Position numbers and translations under genes: made by a program
Notes under the pieces: generated by a model
The model's database searches: none
What the model was told of the DNA's origin: nothing
The model's input: only the letters and a program-made list of their open reading frames with translations
Assembly: GCA_963706025.1 (NCBI GenBank)
Contig: CAVPLM010000003.1
Coordinates: forward strand, 1 to 64,000
Length of the DNA stretch: 64,000 nt
Reading direction: 5' to 3'
Origin: an uncultured Actinomycetes bacterium
GTDB taxonomy: Bacteria > Actinomycetota > Thermoleophilia > RBG-16-64-13
Part shown: positions 1-9,910 of the stretch, piece after piece
Numbering within the stretch: position 1 is the first letter of the stretch
How the letters are laid out: every line of letters starts with the position of its first letter

Positions 1-919
1 CTTCTGGCTCAACGTGCCCATCGGCCTCGCCCTACTGCCAATCGCCTGGCGGCGCCTGGAAGAAACCACCGGGCCCAATCGCGCCCTTGACATGCCTGGT
101 GTCGCGCTTGCCAGCGCCGGATTGTTCGGGATCGTTTGGGGACTGGTGCGGAGCGACAGCGAAGGGTGGACCAGTATCGGTGTCGCCGGTCCCATAGCGG
201 CCGGAGTCATACTGATTGGGCTGTTCGTGTGGTGGGAAGCGCGTTCGCGCACCCCCATGGTTCCTCTGCGTTTCTTCCGCCGGCGCGCGTTCTCCGCCGC
301 CAACGTGACCTCGATGTTGATGTCGTTCGGTATGTTCGGGTCGATCTTCCTACTTGCCCAGTTCTTCCAGATCGTGCAGCATTACTCCCCGCTTCAGGCC
401 GGTCTTCGCACCCTGCCCTGGACGGCTATGCCCATACTGGTTGCTCCTCTCGCCGGCCTGCTCTCCGATCGCATCGGGAGCCGGCCGCTTCTCGTTTCCG
501 GAATGGGCCTCATGGCCGGCGCTCTGGCCTGGATAGCTTCGATCGCGTCACCCAGCGTCCCTTATGTGGAGTTCGTCGCCCCCTTTGCCATGGGGGGCAT
601 CGGCATGTCGCTCTACTTTGCTCCCGTTGCCAATGTGGTGCTCTCAGCAGTGCGGCGTGATGAGGAAGGCAAGGCTTCCGGAGTGAACAATGCCGTCCGC
701 GAGGTAGGCGGCGTCTTTGGAGTGGCCGTGCTCGCCTCAGTCTTCGCCGCCATAGGCGGCTACGCGTCGCCCAGCACCTTTACCGATGGCCTTAATGCGG
801 CCCTTTGGGTAGGAGCAGCCATCGTTGGCCTGGGCACTGTCGCCGCCCTCGGAATCCCCGGTAGGAAGGCCGTCACATTGCAGACGAACGCCCTTCAGCT
901 GGCAGGCGCTCAGGAGTAG
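1..919 (+). CDS. DHA2 family (EmrB/QacA-like) MFS efflux transporter, 5'-partial
   Basis: The frame is open from the window edge (FWLNVPIG). Multiple TM helices, with motifs LDMPG, GLLSDRIGSR and GKASGVNNAVREVGG typical of 14-TM MFS proteins. Confidence 0.9.
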   Translation, partial: FWLNVPIGLALLPIAWRRLEETTGPNRALDMPGVALASAGLFGIVWGLVRSDSEGWTSIGVAGPIAAGVILIGLFVWWEARSRTPMVPLRFFRRRAFSAANVTSMLMSFGMFGSIFLLAQFFQIVQHYSPLQAGLRTLPWTAMPILVAPLAGLLSDRIGSRPLLVSGMGLMAGALAWIASIASPSVPYVEFVAPFAMGGIGMSLYFAPVANVVLSAVRRDEEGKASGVNNAVREVGGVFGVAVLASVFAAIGGYASPSTFTDGLNAALWVGAAIVGLGTVAALGIPGRKAVTLQTNALQLAGAQE

Positions 920-1284
920 GTTCAGGCTGAGGTTTCCGCGCCGGCGACATAGCGGGAACCATCCCCTAGGGCTAAGCACATCGAGGTCTCTCTCCTAGGT
1001 CCGGTGCCGGGTATCCAGCGTGCATGAGTACCGATCTGGGCACCGGGAATACCGTTCACGTAGTGACCTGTCCGCTCGGGCCAAGTTCAACCGTGGCGTG
1101 AAAGCATCCCGTCGAAGATCCCACGCAAAGCCCGCCCGCCCCCCCAATCGGCCAGCGAAAAGACCCGCCATGTAGCGGGCCATCATCCCCTTCATCCGCC
1201 CGTTTCTCTTGCTCCTGTCGCTCGGTAGGGTGGAAGGGCAGACCAAGACAAAGGGCACCCGCCCGCACCCGAACAGGAGGGCTC

Positions 1285-1932
1285 ATGGAAACACCAATGC
1301 TGCCTTATCCAACCGCGACCAGGTATCCCTTGACCTTCCGCGTCGACTACCCGGACAAGCCTCTGAGTAGGCTCACGACATTCTTCCGCTTCCTGTGGAT
1401 CATCCCTATCCTCGTCATCGCGACCCTCCTCACTTCGGGGAGCATCAGCATCGAGGGAACCGACTACTCCTGGTCCTGGGCGTCGATGGGCATACTGTTC
1501 CTGCCCCTTCTGCTCATGATCCTGTTCCGCAAGAAGTACCCGCGTTGGTGGTTCGACTGGAACCTTCAGCTCACCCGGTTCCTGGCGCGCGTCTGGGTCT
1601 ACGCCGCGCTACTTCGGGATGACTACCCCTCTACCGACGAGGAGCAAGCGGTCCATCTCGATTTCCCCTATCCCGACGCCCAGCAGCTCAGCCGCGGGCT
1701 TCCGCTGATCAAGTGGTTCCTGGCCATCCCCCACTACATCGTGCTCTTTTTCCTGTGGATAGGAGCCGTGGTCTCCATCATCATCGCCTGGTTCGCCATC
1801 CTTTTTACCGGCAAGTACCCACGGGCTCTCTTCGATTACGTGGTCGGCGTGCAGCGCTGGTCGCTGCGGGTCGAAGCGTATGCGATCCTTCTGGTCACCG
1901 ACCAGTACCCGCCGTTCACGCTGCAGCCTTGA
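1285..1932 (+). CDS. DUF4389 domain membrane protein
   Basis: Two repeats of the LSR..F..LxIP / KYPR..FD / DxYP pattern; AGGAGG RBS upstream. Confidence 0.85.
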   Translation: METPMLPYPTATRYPLTFRVDYPDKPLSRLTTFFRFLWIIPILVIATLLTSGSISIEGTDYSWSWASMGILFLPLLLMILFRKKYPRWWFDWNLQLTRFLARVWVYAALLRDDYPSTDEEQAVHLDFPYPDAQQLSRGLPLIKWFLAIPHYIVLFFLWIGAVVSIIIAWFAILFTGKYPRALFDYVVGVQRWSLRVEAYAILLVTDQYPPFTLQP

Positions 1933-2019
1933 ACGCCCGGAGGGCAGCATACGGCCGCGGTAACCGGCCCTGCCCTCCGCCTTGGCCCCAGCCCAAAGAA
2001 TCACCACACAACGGAGGCA

Positions 2020-2754
2020 GTGATGAGTGAATCGCAGCAAGTCGAACAGGAAAGAAGCGTCCTGAGGTGGGGCGGTCTTGGCGGCATGGTCGGAAGCATC
2101 GTCTTTGTCATCGTCTTTGTGATCGTGGCCGTCTTTGTGGGATCAGATCCAAATGAGCCGATGGGCTTCCCCGGGATTCGGGTCGCCCGCACGTTCGAAG
2201 ACGGTCTCTACCTTGCGGTCATGATCCTGTGGATCCCTCTCTTCCTGGCGCTGTATCGTGCCCTTCGACAAGAGCGTCTCGCGCCGGCGTTGTTCGGAAG
2301 CGTTCTGGGCATTGTCGGACTCGTCGTCCTTGCAGCCGGAGCGCTCCCGCATATCGCTACGCTTGCGGTCTCCGATCTCTTGCGTGCTCCAGGGACAACC
2401 ATCGACGACCAGGCTGCGCTGGAACTGTGGAAGGCGTCCTACGCGATATTCGACGCTCTGCTGATCGCGGGACTAGTTCTTGCCACGATCGGGGTGATCT
2501 GCCTCGGAGCGGCAATGATCAAGAATCCGAGGTTCGGCAAGGGGATCGGCTGGATTAGCGTGTTCCTTGGCGTGGTCGGCGTCGTAGCCGCGACGTTTGC
2601 ACTGTCGAACCCTGATTCCCCGCTGGCAGTGATCGCCATAGCCGGACTCATCGTCTTCTGTGCGGTCTCAGGCTGGAAGACGTATAGGCTGTCGAAGCCC
2701 CTTTCGTCGTCACGAGAGTCCTTGAGCGATCAGAGCGAAGGAGAGAAACGATGA
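2020..2754 (+). CDS. DUF4386-like multi-pass membrane protein
   Basis: 244-aa hydrophobic ORF with LFLALYRALR and LGAAM..PRFG patterns; GGAGG RBS; ATGA overlap with the next gene. Confidence 0.6.
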   Translation: MMSESQQVEQERSVLRWGGLGGMVGSIVFVIVFVIVAVFVGSDPNEPMGFPGIRVARTFEDGLYLAVMILWIPLFLALYRALRQERLAPALFGSVLGIVGLVVLAAGALPHIATLAVSDLLRAPGTTIDDQAALELWKASYAIFDALLIAGLVLATIGVICLGAAMIKNPRFGKGIGWISVFLGVVGVVAATFALSNPDSPLAVIAIAGLIVFCAVSGWKTYRLSKPLSSSRESLSDQSEGEKR

Positions 2755-3473
2755 CGTCGCCGTACAGAAGGACCGCCATAGCCGTGGGGATCCTGCTCAT
2801 CGCCTGCTCGGCCGCAAGCATACTGAGCATAGTGCCGTTGGGCTCGCTGCTGGACGCCCCGGTCGATCTGGCCAGGCTGGCGGCGAACGACAACCGCGTG
2901 GTACTCACGGCGCTCATAGAGTTCGTCTGGGCCGTCACCGGCGCGGGCATAGCGATCGGCCTGTATCCCGTCTTGAGAAAGCGCAACCGGGCTCTGGCTC
3001 TCGGATCTGTGGCCGGCAGGGTCGTCGAGGGCGTGTTCGTCCTCATCGGCACCCTCAGCTTATTGGCGCTGCTGACATTGAGCCAGAACTATGTGGCGGC
3101 CGGATCTCCCGATTCTTCGTCCTGGTCGGCTTCGGCAGACATGCTGCTTGCTGCACGTGAGTGGGTGTTCGGGTTCGTCGCCATGGTCCCGTTCCACCTG
3201 GGTGCTCTCATGTACTACTATCTGCTGTTCAGATCGCGGCTCGTCCCCCGATGGCTTTCGGGTTGGGGCCTCGTGGGAGCCGGGTTGGGTCTCGTGGCGA
3301 CCGTGTACGCCGGCTTCACCCAGGACTTCGGCTTCTCGACGGTCAATATCGTGCTCAACATCCCCATAGGTGTGCAGGAGATGGTCTTGGCCGTGTGGTT
3401 GATAGTCAAAGGGTTCAACACTCCAGCGGTGACTGCCGACCGGGCCGCGCACGTCGAGGGCTCTACTACATGA
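2751..3473 (+). CDS. DUF4386 domain membrane protein
   Basis: LYPVL, SRLVPRWLSGWG and EMVLAVWLIVKGF motifs typical of DUF4386. Confidence 0.85.
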   Translation: MTSPYRRTAIAVGILLIACSAASILSIVPLGSLLDAPVDLARLAANDNRVVLTALIEFVWAVTGAGIAIGLYPVLRKRNRALALGSVAGRVVEGVFVLIGTLSLLALLTLSQNYVAAGSPDSSSWSASADMLLAAREWVFGFVAMVPFHLGALMYYYLLFRSRLVPRWLSGWGLVGAGLGLVATVYAGFTQDFGFSTVNIVLNIPIGVQEMVLAVWLIVKGFNTPAVTADRAAHVEGSTT

Positions 3474-3577
3474 CCGGCTCCTCAGATCCAACTCGGAGCG
3501 GATTGGGGCCGGAGATGCGACTGCTCGATCCGGACTGCGTTATGTGCTGGTAGAGCGCGGCGGACAAGGAGGACACC

Positions 3578-4570
3578 ATGAAGGCTATCGTGCAGGAGGC
3601 GTACGGCCCGCCCACGGTGCTGAAGCTCAAGGACGTCGACAAGCCGGTGGTTGGCGACGACGACGTGCTCGTACGCGTTCACGCTGCTGCCGTCAACGCC
3701 GGTGACTATTTCATGATGAGAGGCAAGCCGTTCCCAGTGCGCGTGATGCTGGGGCTGCGCAAGCCGAGGTACAAGGTTCCGGGATGGGATCTGGCCGGCC
3801 GCGTCGAGGAGGTCGGCAAGAACGAGACTCGATTCCGACCAGGTGAAGAAGTATTCGGGGCATGCGAGACCGCCTCTGACGGCTCCTTCGCCGAGTATGC
3901 ATGCGTCCCAGCAGACCGGCTGGCGCCCAAGCCGGCCAACCTCACGTTCGAGCAAGCTGCGGCTGTCCCCGTGGCCGCCGTCACGGCCCTCCACGGTCTC
4001 CGCGACGCGGGGAAGCTGCGGCCGGGGCAGAAGGTCTTGATCAACAACGCGTCGGGAGGCGTGGGCACGTTCGCCGTGCAGATCGCGAAGGCTCTCGGAG
4101 CGGAAGTGACCGGCGTCTGTAGCACAAGGAACGTGGAGATGGTTCGATCGATCGGCGCAGACCATGTCTTCGACTACACCAAGGAGGACTTCACGCGAAG
4201 TGGGCTGCGCTACGATCTCATCCTCGACAACATAGGCACCCACTCGTTCTCAGCCTACCGGCGCGTTCTCACGCCCCAGGGGATCGTCATACCCAACACC
4301 GGCCATGCCGGCATGGGCTACCTCCTCAAGGCGTCCCTGCTATCGGCGCGCGGCCGTCAGGTCGGCAAGATGTTCTCGGGGACGCCGACCACCGAGGACC
4401 TGGTCTTTCTGAAGGGACTGCTTGAATCTGGGAAGATCACCCCGGTCATCGACAGGACGTACCCGCTGAGCGAGACCCCCGCGGCTATGGGCTACGCAGC
4501 CCAGGGGCACGTCCGCGGGAAGGTCGTCATCACCGTAGATCAGCACGACGCTCAAACGGAGGGATCATGA
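3578..4570 (+). CDS. NAD(P)-dependent medium-chain dehydrogenase/reductase (quinone oxidoreductase-like, no Zn ligands)
   Basis: MKAIVQEAYG, PGWDLAG, NASGGVGTFAVQIAK and GKVVI motifs. Confidence 0.92.
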   Translation: MKAIVQEAYGPPTVLKLKDVDKPVVGDDDVLVRVHAAAVNAGDYFMMRGKPFPVRVMLGLRKPRYKVPGWDLAGRVEEVGKNETRFRPGEEVFGACETASDGSFAEYACVPADRLAPKPANLTFEQAAAVPVAAVTALHGLRDAGKLRPGQKVLINNASGGVGTFAVQIAKALGAEVTGVCSTRNVEMVRSIGADHVFDYTKEDFTRSGLRYDLILDNIGTHSFSAYRRVLTPQGIVIPNTGHAGMGYLLKASLLSARGRQVGKMFSGTPTTEDLVFLKGLLESGKITPVIDRTYPLSETPAAMGYAAQGHVRGKVVITVDQHDAQTEGS

Positions 4571-5232
4571 CTTCAGCGGCCGCATCGGAGCCAAGAAGGA
4601 GCAAGGCGGAGAAGTTCTGGGACAGACTCGCCCGCACCTGGGGCAAACCGACCGAGGAGTCCGAGCAGACCGACACCAAGGTCCTTGCCAAGACCAGGCC
4701 GTATCTCAAAGCCACCGATACCGTCCTGGACTACGGGTGTGCGATGGGCAGCGTAGACCTGAAGCTCGCCGCTGCCGTCAAGGCGATCCACGGTATCGAT
4801 ATCTCGTCCAAGATGATCGCTGCTGCCCGAGAAGCGGCAGAGGCGCGCAAGGTCGCCAATGTGTCCTTCGCGAAAGCCACGATATTCGACGAAAGCCTCG
4901 AGCGTGAGTCATTCGATGTAGTCTTGGCCTTCGCCATATTCCACTTGTTGGAAGACGCACCAGAGGCTGTGCAGAGGATAGACGAACTCCTGAAACCGGG
5001 AGGTCTACTCATCTCCGTGACACCCTGCTTGGGGGAGAAGGGGACATTGCCGGTCAGAAGCCTGATGCTTCTCGTGCGTTTGGCCAGCAGGCTGCGAATG
5101 ATCCCTTACGTGTGGCGCTGTACGATCGGGGAGCTGCAGGAGTCCATGGACGCCGCGGGTTTGGTCACTATCGAGATCGAGGAGTTGGTCCACAGCACCT
5201 CGGAGTACTTCGTGGTGGCGAAGAAGACATAG
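4567..5232 (+). CDS. class I SAM-dependent methyltransferase
   Basis: VLDYGCAMG motif I, GIDIS, SFDVV, LKPGG. Confidence 0.9.
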   Translation: MTSAAASEPRRSKAEKFWDRLARTWGKPTEESEQTDTKVLAKTRPYLKATDTVLDYGCAMGSVDLKLAAAVKAIHGIDISSKMIAAAREAAEARKVANVSFAKATIFDESLERESFDVVLAFAIFHLLEDAPEAVQRIDELLKPGGLLISVTPCLGEKGTLPVRSLMLLVRLASRLRMIPYVWRCTIGELQESMDAAGLVTIEIEELVHSTSEYFVVAKKT

Positions 5233-5473
5233 TGAGCTATCCGAGGCGGCGGTCGATACTATCTGAGGAAATGCTGACCGGCATGTTCTCGTCCGTCTTC
5301 ACCCGTCTTCTGCCGCCGAGTTTGTCACCTACCTGCCCCCGAACTCGCCGCGAAAGACGTGAAAACCCTGCCTTATAGCCCGGGACCGTGATGTCACCGT
5401 TGCCAGGGTCGTTGTTCTTCGACTAAGCTAGGCGCGTGTCCATGTCAGTCCAGACCGGCACTGCGTAGGCCCT

Positions 5474-5848
5474 GTGGAACCTGCCGCTGCGAAGGGGGCG
5501 CTGCCGGCCCTGCGACGGATGGCCAGAGCTATGGCTTGGGCAGGGGTTCTGCTCGGAGTCTGTGCCGGGATAGTGCAGTTGACGTATGGTTCGTCCATTC
5601 CTGCGTGGACGGGTGACAAGAACGACACGGTTGCGCTAGGGTTGGCTACCATCGGGCTTAGCCTGGTCGCCGGTGTCGCCCTCTGGCGATTGCTGCGCGC
5701 GCCTCGGCTCTGGGAACAGATCATCTGCGCGGTGGTGGCCCTGGTCTGCGCCGTAGTCTGCTTCACCACCGTCGGTCGCCTCTGGTACCTGCCTGGTCCG
5801 CTCCTCATCGTAGCCACAGTCGCCGGCCTTCGGGGGGCTCGCGCTTAG
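5474..5848 (+). CDS. hypothetical four-TM membrane protein
   Basis: Hydrophobic 124-aa ORF; start codon uncertain. Confidence 0.5.
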   Translation: MEPAAAKGALPALRRMARAMAWAGVLLGVCAGIVQLTYGSSIPAWTGDKNDTVALGLATIGLSLVAGVALWRLLRAPRLWEQIICAVVALVCAVVCFTTVGRLWYLPGPLLIVATVAGLRGARA

Positions 5849-5874
5849 TCAGTGCCCCGTTCTCGGCTTTCCTA

Positions 5875-6015
5875 GGCGGAGAGGGGGGATTCGCGCGTCT
5901 TGCTGCGCAAGCTGCCGCCCTCGCGGGTTCAGAATCCCCCCAGACCTTGGTGGGAACCACTTCCTGGCTTCTTGCGGAAGGCTATACGGAGAGGGGGGGA
6001 TTCGAACCCCCGGTA
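5875..6015 (-). repeat. two 3'-end fragments of a tRNA (Ser-like), probable att-site remnants
   Basis: The reverse complement of 5987-6015 is TACCGGGGGTTCGAATCCCCCCCTCTCCG (T arm plus acceptor 3' strand). 5875-5893 gives CGAATCCCCCCTCTCCGCC. There is no D arm or anticodon arm. Confidence 0.7.
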
Positions 6016-6119
6016 GGCCAAATGCGCGACCCTCAAGTGCCGGCGAACCGGCCGAGGCGTCTTTGCTCGGCTGGTCGCTCTCCCGGCCGCCCTCTCTCAG
6101 ATAGCGGTGCGCTCCTGAT

Positions 6120-7658
6120 CTACGGCACCGACGTCACGAATCTGCGCCCGTCCTCGTGACAGATCAACTGGGTCACCTGACGACCTGTGATCACCCCCGA
6201 CGGGAGACCGCCACCGGGCGCCACCCACTGGCCGGCCAGGAAGAGGCCCTCGAGCCCGGGGAGCTTCTTCGGCATCTCGATCGTGAGGTTCGAGGGTGTC
6301 GGCTGCCAGCCCTCGAAGCTGCCCCGCCAATTGCCCGTATAGCGCTCGAACGTCGTGGGCGTCGACACATCGACCATCTCCACCTGCTCCGCAAGACCCG
6401 GGAAGCGTTGATCCAGCACCTTCAAGACGGCGGCGGCGATAGCCTCCTTCTCCGACTCGTACGCCGCGTGGTCCTTGCTGAGTTCCTTCCAGTAATCGTA
6501 GTCGACAGGCAGCATCGAGGTGATTACGGTCCTTCCGGCGGGGGCCATGGTCGGGTCGTAATTGCGGATGCGGAACTCGATCCGCTCGACCGTCTGCCCG
6601 CCCAAACGGAGGGGTTCGTCGAGGCCGAGGCTGATGCCGCTAGAGGAAAACGGGACCTCGGGGAACTCACGGGCGACGCCGACTCCGACGAAGACCAGGG
6701 GAGGGAAGGGGACGAAATCGCTGAACCAGCCCCTGACCCGGTCGTCGACGTACTTCCCGCCCAGCATGTCGAAGACTGTAGCGTGAAGATCGGCGGCGGA
6801 CACCACGTAGTCCGCGCGCTCCTCGCGCCCATCCGCCAATCGGATTCCCACCGCGCGGTCGTTCTACACGAGGATCTCGGCTACGCGAGCCCGGTATTCG
6901 ACGGCGCCGCCCAGACTCAGGAATCGCTTCTCGACCGCCCGGGCCAACGGAAGGGAACCGCCCACAGGGTACCCGGCCTGCCGTCCGTGGAACCAGGCGA
7001 GTGTCCCCGCGAGCACGAACGCCGACATCTCCGGCAGCCAGATCTGGAGGAGGGCCGTGCGGACGAAGCGGTTCTTCAGGCGGGCCGTGTACGACCTTAT
7101 GGTCATGCGGTTCCACTTCTTGAGCAGAGGCATGATGCGCAGCATGCGCGGCATCACGCGGAGCATGTCGCCGAGGCGCATGAGTTCCCGTGGGGGGAGG
7201 TCCGAGGGTAGCTCGTGGGCAGCCATGAAGCGAGCCGCACCTAGCAGCTCCTTTAGGACAACCTCGTCCTCAGGAGCGATTTCGAGGAGGTGCTTCTGCA
7301 GCCGGTCCAAGTCGGTATAGAGAATCACCGTCGGGCCGTCGGCGAACTCCACCCGGGCAAACTCGTCGTGATCGATCAGCTTCAGTCCTTGGATCAAGCC
7401 CACTTCCTGCCAGAGCTTGTAGAAACCACTGCCCGGACGCGACCGCGTCAACCAGTGGATACAACAGTCGATCGTGTAGCCGCCGCGCTGCCAGGAGGTG
7501 CAGAGACCTCCGGGCAGGGTGTGCATCTCATATAACCGCGCTTGGTAGCCGTTCATCTGTAAGTAGCAGCCGGTGGACAGACCGGCCATGCCCGCTCCGA
7601 TGACCGCTACTCGCTTCGCGCCGTCTGTGCTTCTCGCAGTCGTTGTCCCTGGTGCCAC
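6120..7658 (-). CDS. phytoene desaturase family FAD-dependent oxidoreductase, interrupted by an in-frame TAG at 6864-6866
   Basis: VIGAGMAGL dinucleotide motif, PGGLCTSWQR, TPTTFERYT and LAGQWVAPGGGLP. The two track ORFs share one frame (EILV*NDRAVGIRL). GTG start at 7658 after GGAGGAGG. Confidence 0.85.
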
Positions 7659-7853
7659 GATTTTCCTCCTCCGGACCGTCGTATGCGCCAGAGTACCATC
7701 CGCCGTTGTGGCGAAGGCCATACTCTGCAGAGAACTCGTAGCCGTCCACCTTCGCTCCAGCCGCGTGTCACGGCTCGGCGAGGTTCCTCTGAACATCGCC
7801 GTTGTCTAGTTCCTTTCCATTGCTTCCATGGTGAACGGTGGGATGCTGCCCTC

Positions 7854-7876
7854 TTGGCTGTCAGTTTGGCTGTCAA
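7854..7876 (+). repeat. tandem TTGGCTGTCA boxes (copy 1), probable integrase arm-type sites
   Basis: TTGGCTGTCA-GT-TTGGCTGTCAA; 21 of 23 bases identical to 11640-11662. Confidence 0.6.
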
Positions 7877-8039
7877 CCAGCGCGGCTCTCAGGTCACGCA
7901 GCCTTTCTTCTCCTCATGGCGCGGAGGGGATCCGGCCAACCCGAAAGGTAGGGACTTCGTCTTCCAGGTCGAAGCCTTGTGGGGGACGGCCAAGACTCGT
8001 TTCGCAGGCACTGCTACCGTTGCGAGAGGGGAGGACGTG

Positions 8040-8210
8040 ATGACACATGACAATGGGTCGAACGGGTCGGGGCAGGCGGCCGGTGGTTTTGTCGGTGCGG
8101 CCTGGTTCATCGGGTGGCTCTTCACCTGGGCGTTCGCCAAGCTTGTCTGGTGGGAGATCATTGTCGGAATCGTTATATGGCCCTACTTTCTGGGGGTGGC
8201 GGCCCGGTAG
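8040..8210 (+). CDS. small hypothetical membrane protein (56 aa)
   Basis: GGAGG RBS, then MTHDNG...WFIGWLFT...IVIWPYFLG, which is Trp-rich and hydrophobic. Confidence 0.65.
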   Translation: MTHDNGSNGSGQAAGGFVGAAWFIGWLFTWAFAKLVWWEIIVGIVIWPYFLGVAAR

Positions 8211-8377
8211 CCGGGAAAGATGCGTTGCCGGCGAGCCCCTCGGTCGTCGCTGCCACGACCGGCCTAGCCGCGCTCACCGGTTCCGGTGCCACTCGGGGCG
8301 CAGTGTCCTCGAGAAGTGTGAGCAGTCTGGTCCTCAGGTTCTCCCTGTGGTCGGCCCAGGTATGGGGTCCATAGCGA

Positions 8378-9058
8378 TCAATCACAAACATGATGATGGA
8401 CCTCTCCGCCTCTTCGCTCGCAGCGCCCCAGAAGTTCGAGCTGCACCTCCCTTTCATCGCGCTTGGGCGAGGCGATCTCAAGCGCCCGGGGGGTGCCATC
8501 AGCGGCAAAGATGGCGTGCAGCCGCACTCCCCAGAAGTAGCGAGTATGCGAGGCGCAGTAGCCGTAGTCACAGAAGTCGGCAAGAGCCGAGCGAAGAACC
8601 GTCTCCCGGCTTCGTGCGCACTCGATGGGGGTCGAGTCGATGAGCAAGAGGTCATCGTAGAACCCCGGGCTCTTGGCGGCAAAAATGCGAAGGAGCCAGC
8701 CAAGGACGGGAGCCAGCCGGCGGCGGCGTTTGAAGTATCCGGCCTGCTTGGGCAACTCGGGGAAGAGATGGGAGAGACGCCCCCGGGCAGCCCGCAGAAA
8801 CCGGCGATCGGAAGGGATACCCATGATGGCCTGGGCCACGCAGAGGGTGACGATCTCGGCATCGGTCGTCTGCCGACGAGCATTTCCCTTAGGCTCTGGC
8901 AAAAGATCATCGGCTGTGCAATAAACGACAGTGCAGAGGGTGTCCAGGTCGGCGTGCATCGTGGCCTCCAAGCAGACGATGTTCTTGACACCGTCGGCTT
9001 TGGCCCCTCTGCCTCGAATCCCTTCTTTGGCACCGTTTTCGTGGAATCAATCATCTAG
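8378..9058 (-). mobile_element. truncated IS982-family insertion sequence (transposase N-terminal two thirds, ATG at 8959)
   Basis: MHADLDTL..VY...DDLL, TDAEIVTL, IDSTPIEC and YGYCASHTRYFWG..LH motifs. Breaks off before the expected ADKGY motif. One probable terminus at 9041-9058; the other is missing. Confidence 0.85.
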
Positions 9059-9150
9059 CGGAGCCTTCCGTCGCGTCCCAGAGGCTTACAGCGAGTCCGA
9101 CAAGGGTAGTACCTGCCTAGAGCGGAGCGACGAGAGAAGGGTGGAGGGGC

Positions 9151-9876
9151 ATGGCTGAGAGCAAGAAGAAGCGCAAGTGGCTCTACATCACAGTCGGCGC
9201 GGTGGTGTCGCTGACGATTATCATTGCCGTCACCGCCTGCGGCGGCGAGGACTCCGGCGAGGCGACCACCACTATGCGCGGAGATGAGGTCACCACCACA
9301 CAAGGTTCCGCAGAAACCACCGAGGCGGCCGGAGGGACAACGACCACAGCAGCGGAGACAACGACCACAGCGGCACCGGAGACTACGACAACCGCTGCCG
9401 GGGCAGAGACGTTCCCCGACGGCCAGTACCTCGTCGGCACCGACATTCCCGCTGGCTTGTACAAGGGCACCACCACCGGGGCACTCGGCGGCTACTGGGG
9501 GATATCGACCGACGCGAACAGCACCGACATTGTCGCCAACGAGATTACGGTCGGTCCGTTCTACGTGGAGGTGACCAAGGGGCAGTACCTGCAACTAACC
9601 TCAGTCGAGATAGTTGATGCAAGCACCGTCAAGGTCGAGACTCCCGCGACGAAAGACATCTCCGACGGCGCGTATTTGGTGGGCACTGACATCGCCGCCG
9701 GGAAGTACAAAGGCATCACCACGGGGGCAGCGGGCGGCTACTGGGGGATATCGACCGACGCGAACAGTCAAGACATCGTTACGAACGCCCTTACCACCGG
9801 CGATTTCTACGTCGACGTGACCAAGGGGCAGTACCTCAGACTGAGCGGGGTCACGATAGGGCAGTTAGTTGACTAG
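9151..9876 (+). CDS. putative lipoprotein with Thr-rich linker and two 82-aa repeats
   Basis: Basic N-terminus, hydrophobic stretch and VTA-C lipobox. DGxYLVGTDIxAGxYKG..GGYWGISTDANS occurs twice, with an exact 35-bp DNA match at 9487 and 9733. Confidence 0.8.
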   Translation: MAESKKKRKWLYITVGAVVSLTIIIAVTACGGEDSGEATTTMRGDEVTTTQGSAETTEAAGGTTTTAAETTTTAAPETTTTAAGAETFPDGQYLVGTDIPAGLYKGTTTGALGGYWGISTDANSTDIVANEITVGPFYVEVTKGQYLQLTSVEIVDASTVKVETPATKDISDGAYLVGTDIAAGKYKGITTGAAGGYWGISTDANSQDIVTNALTTGDFYVDVTKGQYLRLSGVTIGQLVD

Positions 9877-9910
9877 TTGACCGGCAACTGACGACCGAGG
9901 GGAGAGTGAC

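Noticed and set aside
7925-7990. GGCCAACCCGAAAGGTAGGGAC resembles a cyclic dinucleotide riboswitch
   Set aside because: It lacks the downstream GCAAAG or GCTAAC elements and convincing stems; an Infernal search would be needed.
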